The position numbers and the translations under genes were made by a program. A stretch of 64,000 nt of DNA from an uncultured Acidobacteriota bacterium. Its GTDB lineage: Bacteria; Acidobacteriota; UBA6911. This document shows positions 58,503 to 64,000 of this stretch, piece after piece (the first letter of the stretch is position 1; each line of letters begins with the position of its first letter). The stretch lies in NCBI GenBank assembly GCA_963809485.1, contig CAWEJX010000008.1, forward strand, positions 448,001 through 512,000, given 5' to 3'. The notes under the pieces were generated by a model. The model was given only the letters and a program-made list of their open reading frames with translations. It had not been told where the DNA came from and did not search any database.

Positions 58503-58558
58503 TTTAACGTTCAACGTTCAAACGTTAGAACGTTTAAACGTTCCAACGTTCAACGCAA
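58503..58558. repeat. AACGTT 7/8-mer array in the divergent lipA/SNF2 promoter region
   Basis: taacgttcaacgttcaaacgttagaacgtttaaacgttccaacgttcaacg. Confidence 0.88.
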
Positions 58559-58606
58559 CAACGAGTATTCCCGAAATGCCATCGTAAAATGTATAATAGT
58601 AGGTTT

Positions 58607-61600
58607 ATGTCGCCATTGGAATTGCTGGGACGGGACGTCAGCCAGAAAATAAAAAACCGCGGCAGGGACTATTTCGAGATGAATGCCGTCCGTATCCTGT
58701 TCGCAGACAAGGAGTTCGTGTCTGCGCGGGTCTCCGGGTCACGCGCTTACGAAGTGGATCTGGAGCGGGACGGGAAGGCCCTCATTTATTCCTGTGATTG
58801 CCCCTATTTTGAAGACCGTTTGGAAGTCTGCAAGCATGTCTGGGCAACCATTCTGGCGGCTGAAAAAAAGGGACTCCTCGGAAATTTGACAGGCGGCGGC
58901 AACCTGGAACTCCTTCCCACGGGTCTTCATGGCGACCTGGATGACGAGGAGCTTGAGGAACTGGACTTTGAAGAAGCCGAAGACTTTCCCGCCTCAATCG
59001 AGTATGAAAGAGCACTTCAGGCTCCAGGGAAACGCCGGGATCCGGCACGCCCCGGCTCCTGGCAGCAGATTCTCAATAAAATTACGCAACAGGAGCCGCC
59101 CGATCCAAGGGTGCCGGCCTGGCCCCCGGACCGGGAAATTCTATATGTCATCGATTACGGCGGCCGGTATTACGGCGCCAACCTGGCGATTCAGGTCGAT
59201 GTGCGCGAGCGCAAAAAAAACCGGGACTGGAAAAAGTCGAAACCCCTGTCGCTTTCGCATGACATGCTTTCCATGATTCCCGATCCGGCCGACCGGGAGA
59301 TTCTTACCCGCCTCATCGGCGTAAAGCGCGAAACCTGGTACCAGGGGCCCTATGAATCCATCTACCGTTTTCAGCCTGCAAAACTTGAGCTGGCTGCGCT
59401 TTTGCCCGTGATTTCCCGCACCGGCCGCCTGTTTTTCCGCACGCCCGAACATGAAACTCCGCTTTCCGTCCACCTCGATGAGGGCGCTCCCTGGGCTTTG
59501 CGGATTGAAGTGCGGGCGGATGAAGATGGACAGCGGTATGAAGTCTGCAGCGCGCTCCGCCGGGACGGCCAGCGCCTCAGCCTTTCCCACCCCGAGCACA
59601 TATTCCGCCAGGGCTTTTTAATCGCCGGCGAAACCATCGCTTTCTTCGAAGGATCTTTCGATTGGATTTCGTTCTTTCGGAGTGAGGGATCCTTTTTCGT
59701 CCCCAGAGAAGAGGCTGTTTCATGGCTGGAAACCATGCTGTCGATTCCGGCCCTTCCCCCGATGGATTTGCCCGACGAATTACGGCTCGAGCAGGTGGAA
59801 GCCACACCCTGCCCGATCGTGCGCGTGAGCACGCGAAAGGAAACCTGGGGCTCCTCCTATCTGCATGCGGAGATGTTCTTCGACTACCAGGGCAATTTCG
59901 TGACGGAAACGGCGCCGGCAACAGGGATTCCCCTTGTTTCGGAGCGGCGGATGATTTTGCGCAACATGGGTTTTGAACGCCTGGCGGCGCAGAAATTCGA
60001 GGAGACCGGCTTCCGGCGCCAGCAAGCCTATGGCGGCAGCCGCTTCTGGACGATCTCCCAATCCCGGCTGCCTTCGGCCGTGCGGGATCTGGTATCGGCC
60101 GGATGGCATGTGGAAGCCGAGGGGAAGCTATTCCGCAATCCGGATTCTTTTAAGCTTCAAATCCATTCCGGCATCGACTGGTTCGAGTTGCACGGCACGG
60201 TTGAGTTCGGCGATGCCCGCGTCGCCATCCCGCGTCTGCTTGCGGCCCTGAAGCGCCGCGAGAACACTATCCGGCTCGACGACGGCAGTTACGGCATGCT
60301 GCCCGAGGAGTGGCTGCAAAAGTACGGGATGCTCGCGAGCCTGGGCACCGCCCAGGCGGATCACGTCCGGTTCAGCCGCAATCAGGCCGGTCTTCTGGAC
60401 GCTCTTCTGGCTTCCCAGCCCGATGTGAGCTGCGACCAGCTTTTCGAAAAGCTGCGCGGCGAACTGCATTCCTTTGGCGGGGTTGAGCCCGCGGACCCCC
60501 CGCCGGGATTTTGCGGGACGCTGCGCCCTTACCAGCGCGAAGGACTGGGCTGGCTGCATTTCCTCGAGCAGTTCGGATTCGGCGGCTGCCTCGCCGACGA
60601 CATGGGACTGGGCAAAACGATCCAGGTCCTGGCGCTGATCGAAGAGCGCCGTGCCCTGCGCGGCGCAAACGGTTCCGCAGACCGCCCGCCTCCATCTCTG
60701 GTGGTGATGCCGCGGTCGCTGGTTTTCAACTGGCGGCGGGAAGCCGAACGGTTTACGCCCAACCTGCGCATCCTGGAACACACCGGGGTCGAGCGCGTAC
60801 GCAGCCACGAACACTTCGACGACTACGATGCGATTTTCACCACTTACGGAACGCTCCGCAGGGATGCGCCGTTCTTCAGGGAGAAGATGTTCGACTACGT
60901 AATCCTGGACGAGGCGCAGGCCATCAAGAATGCATCGACCGAATCGGCCAAAGCGGCCCGCCTGCTGCGCGGCCAGCATCGCCTGGCCTTGAGCGGCACG
61001 CCGATCGAAAATCATCTGGGCGAACTCTGGAGCCTGTTCGAGTTCCTGAATCCGGGCATGCTCGGATCCGCTTCCGTGTTCAAGCTGGGCAAAGGATCCA
61101 TGAGCAAGCTCGACGAGGCTCAACGGGAGCTTCTGGCCCAGGCGCTGCGGCCGTTTATCCTCCGCCGCACCAAGGCGCAGGTAGCCAAAGACCTTCCAGC
61201 CAAAGTGGAACAGACCCTGTTCTGCCAGCTCGAAGCGGCGCAGCGCGCGCTTTACGACGAACTGCGCGATCACTACCGGCGCACCCTTCTGGACCGCATC
61301 GAAACCGAAGGCCTGGAAAAATCCAAGATTCACATCCTGGAAGCGCTCCTCAGGCTGCGCCAGGCGGCGATTCACCCCGGGCTCATCGACCGCTCGCGCG
61401 CCGGCCATGCAAGCGCAAAGCTGGATATGCTGATGCCTCAGCTTGCCGAAGTGCTGGATGAGGGACACAAGGCCCTCGTCTTCTCACAATTCACCTCCAT
61501 GCTCGCCATCCTGCGCGAGAGGCTTGACAAAGAAAATATCCGCTACGAATATCTGGATGGACAGACGCGCGACCGGGAATCGCCGGTCGAGCGGTTCCAG

Positions 61601-61918
61601 AACGATCCGGATTCGAGACTGTTCCTCATAAGCCTGAAGGCGGGAGGATTGGGACTGAACCTTACCGCGGCGGAATATGTGTTTCTACTTGATCCCTGGT
61701 GGAATCCGGCCGTCGAGGCGCAGGCAGTGGACCGGACGCACCGAATCGGGCAGATGCGGTCGGTTTTTGCCTACCGCCTGATCGCCAAAGATACGGTGGA
61801 GGAAAAAGTGCTCGCTTTGCAGAATACAAAGCGCGAAATTGCCGATGCAATCATCAACCAGGACAACAGCCTGATGCGAAACCTCCGCCCGGAGGACCTC
61901 GCGGTTCTGTTAAGCTGA
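58607..61918 (+). CDS. SWIM zinc finger + SNF2-family helicase
   Basis: CDC...CKH SWIM; LADDMGLGKT, DEAQ, SGTP.EN, QAVDRTHRIGQ. TATAAT at 58592. Confidence 0.95.
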   Translation: MSPLELLGRDVSQKIKNRGRDYFEMNAVRILFADKEFVSARVSGSRAYEVDLERDGKALIYSCDCPYFEDRLEVCKHVWATILAAEKKGLLGNLTGGGNLELLPTGLHGDLDDEELEELDFEEAEDFPASIEYERALQAPGKRRDPARPGSWQQILNKITQQEPPDPRVPAWPPDREILYVIDYGGRYYGANLAIQVDVRERKKNRDWKKSKPLSLSHDMLSMIPDPADREILTRLIGVKRETWYQGPYESIYRFQPAKLELAALLPVISRTGRLFFRTPEHETPLSVHLDEGAPWALRIEVRADEDGQRYEVCSALRRDGQRLSLSHPEHIFRQGFLIAGETIAFFEGSFDWISFFRSEGSFFVPREEAVSWLETMLSIPALPPMDLPDELRLEQVEATPCPIVRVSTRKETWGSSYLHAEMFFDYQGNFVTETAPATGIPLVSERRMILRNMGFERLAAQKFEETGFRRQQAYGGSRFWTISQSRLPSAVRDLVSAGWHVEAEGKLFRNPDSFKLQIHSGIDWFELHGTVEFGDARVAIPRLLAALKRRENTIRLDDGSYGMLPEEWLQKYGMLASLGTAQADHVRFSRNQAGLLDALLASQPDVSCDQLFEKLRGELHSFGGVEPADPPPGFCGTLRPYQREGLGWLHFLEQFGFGGCLADDMGLGKTIQVLALIEERRALRGANGSADRPPPSLVVMPRSLVFNWRREAERFTPNLRILEHTGVERVRSHEHFDDYDAIFTTYGTLRRDAPFFREKMFDYVILDEAQAIKNASTESAKAARLLRGQHRLALSGTPIENHLGELWSLFEFLNPGMLGSASVFKLGKGSMSKLDEAQRELLAQALRPFILRRTKAQVAKDLPAKVEQTLFCQLEAAQRALYDELRDHYRRTLLDRIETEGLEKSKIHILEALLRLRQAAIHPGLIDRSRAGHASAKLDMLMPQLAEVLDEGHKALVFSQFTSMLAILRERLDKENIRYEYLDGQTRDRESPVERFQNDPDSRLFLISLKAGGLGLNLTAAEYVFLLDPWWNPAVEAQAVDRTHRIGQMRSVFAYRLIAKDTVEEKVLALQNTKREIADAIINQDNSLMRNLRPEDLAVLLS

Positions 61919-61963
61919 AAAAAACACCAGAGATTTTGGCAATTATGAAAAGGGGGCCCGCTC

Positions 61964-62986
61964 ATGCACAGAAATTGTATTGTTCCACCCTACATGCTGC
62001 GCGCTATCCCCCGGAACGGGGACTCCAGGCAGCAGGCGCTGGCCTGGTCCACGTTGACAGATTCCGAGCAGTTTCGCGGTGAACGCCGGGTGATGACGGT
62101 CCTGGCTCCGCTGGCGGCGACCTCGCCGGGGCGCAAGCGCCGCACGGTTTATGATGCGCGCCACAAATACGACCTGCCCGGCAGGCTGGTCCGATCGGAA
62201 GGCGATCCCAAATCAAGGGACCCGCGGGTCAACGAAGCCTATGACGGCGCCGGGTTCACCTATGACATGTTCAAAAAGGCGTTTTCCCGCAATTCGATTG
62301 ACGACCGCGGCATGCGCATCGATTCGACGGTCCATTACGGGGATTGCTACGACAACGCTTTCTGGAACGGCCGGCAGATGGTCTACGGCGACGGGGACGG
62401 CCGGATTTTCGCCCCGTTCACCAAAGCCCTCGATGTCATCGGCCACGAATTGACCCACGGCATCACACAATGCGAAGCCGGGCTGAATTACCGCGGCCAG
62501 CCGGGCGCCTTGAACGAATCGTTTTCGGACGTCTTCGGAAGCCTGGTCAAACAGTACAGGCGACGCCAGACCGCCAAGGAAGCCGACTGGCTGATCGGCG
62601 CGGACCTGTTTCTTCCGGGCGTAAAGGCCAAAGCCATCCGGTCCATGAGAGAGCCCGGCACGGCCTACAACGATCCCGTGCTGGGCAAGGATCCTCAGCC
62701 CGGCCACATGGACGATTACATTGTCACCGAAGAGGACAACGGCGGCGTGCACCTGAACTCCGGAATCCCCAACCGGGCTTTCTACGAGCTGGCGATGCGC
62801 CTGAAAGGGTACGCCTGGGAGAAAGCGGGCGCTATCTGGTACCTGACCTTGACCGAAAAATTGCGCCCCGGATCGAAATTCCGCGACGCCATGACGATGA
62901 CGCTCACGGCTGCCGCCGAGCTTTACGGCATCAACAGCCGCGAGCAGAAAGCCGTGCGGGAAGCCTGGTCCGAAGTCGGACTATAA
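61964..62986 (+). CDS. Protealysin-like M4 metallopeptidase
   Basis: Short propeptide IVPPYML, NAFW, HELTH, ALNESFSD, DNGGVH.NSG; no signal peptide. Confidence 0.93.
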   Translation: MHRNCIVPPYMLRAIPRNGDSRQQALAWSTLTDSEQFRGERRVMTVLAPLAATSPGRKRRTVYDARHKYDLPGRLVRSEGDPKSRDPRVNEAYDGAGFTYDMFKKAFSRNSIDDRGMRIDSTVHYGDCYDNAFWNGRQMVYGDGDGRIFAPFTKALDVIGHELTHGITQCEAGLNYRGQPGALNESFSDVFGSLVKQYRRRQTAKEADWLIGADLFLPGVKAKAIRSMREPGTAYNDPVLGKDPQPGHMDDYIVTEEDNGGVHLNSGIPNRAFYELAMRLKGYAWEKAGAIWYLTLTEKLRPGSKFRDAMTMTLTAAAELYGINSREQKAVREAWSEVGL

Positions 62987-63026
62987 AAAACGCCACGGAT
63001 TCCACGGATAAATCCTGTTTTTTATT

Positions 63027-63424
63027 TCTATTGGTAAACCCACGGCTCTGCCGGGGGACTCATAGAGTTTGACAGCTCCGTATTTTGAAACGCTGAGATA
63101 CGCTGACAAAAGCGCTGACAAACGCCGATTTGTTCGGCGAGGGTCGGCGAGCAAAAGCCGATGAGGCGCTTCCGATGGAGTTTTCTGCGGCGGCACTGTG
63201 GCAAACGCCCGGTTTCTCATACCCTTCATCTCCTTGCCGCACGGCGCTTGCCACAGTGCCGCCGCAGAAAACTGTCCAGCGCAGAGCGCTGGCCCCTGCG
63301 GGGATCGGAAGCGCCTCATCGGCTTTTGCCCGCGTAAGTCAGCGTTCAAGACCGGCGTAACTCCTCCAACCGCTTTGAGCGGTTCAAATCTATCAAGCCT
63401 CCGGCTTTGCCGGAGGTACCTGAC
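63027..63424 (+). mobile_element. MITE-A long copy carrying extra nested inverted repeats
   Basis: TATT|TCTATTGGTAAACC ... GGTACCTGAC, with a ~160-bp internal insert. Confidence 0.85.
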
Positions 63425-63451
63425 ATTTAATCTGTGGAATCCGTGGCGTTT

Positions 63452-64000
63452 TTATACCTGTTCGAGGATTGGTTCCATTTTGGCTGGATCAAAGCCTGCA
63501 GTAATAGTGCGGATGTTGTCCGCTATCGGTTCCGGTTTCGCTTCTCCCCCGGGATCTATCACCATGAGGCACATGCCAAGGCGTGGATTCATCGCGTTGA
63601 AGTGCCGCCGGACATCATCCAGCGCGGTTTGACTTTCGAACTCATCCGCGGTCAGAAACTCGATCATCATATCGGGGCTTACGAGCTTGCGGTCGTAGAT
63701 TTCGGCAACGATCGGAATTTCATCCGGCGTGGGCAGGAAAGTCAGAAGCATCACGCGCGAATCGAGGCCATAGGACGTGTCCCCGGTCTTCTTCTTCGGC
63801 CGGACCGGAGGCGTGAAGCGAACGACGAATGTGTCTATCTCTCTTGCCGGCCCCATTTTAACCGTCACATATTTGTCCACTTTGCGCGAATGGAGCACGA
63901 ACTCAGGAATGCGCAGGGTCGGATGATGGGCCTGGCGTCCAAAGGCGATTTCCTTCAGATCGGTCAGATACGGCTTGTAATCATCGTCCAGGTCGACGAA
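63452..64000 (-). CDS. C-terminal part of a hypothetical protein (starts beyond the window)
   Basis: The frame is open from 64000 to the TAA at 63452-63454; no family recognised. Confidence 0.7.
   Translation of the reverse strand, partial: FVDLDDDYKPYLTDLKEIAFGRQAHHPTLRIPEFVLHSRKVDKYVTVKMGPAREIDTFVVRFTPPVRPKKKTGDTSYGLDSRVMLLTFLPTPDEIPIVAEIYDRKLVSPDMMIEFLTADEFESQTALDDVRRHFNAMNPRLGMCLMVIDPGGEAKPEPIADNIRTITAGFDPAKMEPILEQV

Noticed and set aside
58759-58770. TGGAGCGGGA match to the tRNA 3' end as a second att site
   Set aside because: A 10-bp chance match inside the SNF2 CDS, on the wrong side of the tRNA.
12675-61468. Long antisense or alternate-frame ORFs (e.g. 15697-16926, 19932-21107, 39748-40848, 60128-61468)
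   Set aside because: Shadow ORFs of GC-rich genuine genes; no recognisable motifs.
17491-63424. Repeated ~240-bp elements or short arrays as CRISPR
   Set aside because: They are dispersed, lack a repeat-spacer periodicity, and no cas genes are present.

Overview
A 64-kb bacterial chromosomal window, moderately GC-rich. It comes from an LPS-producing diderm; Acidobacteriota is my inference from gene style and is unverified. Positions ~1-11690 are a decaying integrative mobilizable element inserted at the 3' end of tRNA-Gly(CCC). It carries a tyrosine integrase, an excisionase, a ParA-like ATPase, an internally deleted MOBF/TrwC relaxase, a two-component system and an MltF-like gene. To the right lie hipBA, glgP, kdsD/kdsA, a KamA + two ATP-grasp + GNAT operon, and long minus-strand housekeeping runs (priA, udg, era, coaBC, rpoZ, gmk, yicC, msbA-like, PTS/hprK/rapZ/hpf/rpoN/lptB/lptC, msrA, prfB, lnt, SPOR, stomatin/NfeD, lipA), followed by a SWIM-SNF2 helicase and a protealysin-like M4 peptidase. 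The most unusual signal is intergenic. (i) More than ten short-tandem-repeat tracts, many forming inverted-arm hairpins, use different 7-9-bp units; several begin at or supply the upstream gene's stop codon. (ii) A non-autonomous IS200/IS605-type element (5 full and 2 partial copies) has ends that obey the IS608 guide/cleavage pairing rule, with target TA(A/T)T. (iii) A second small MITE family is present, and these three element classes are nested inside one another. Four isolated +1 frameshifts, including one in era, suggest sequencing or assembly indels. prfB has its normal programmed frameshift.
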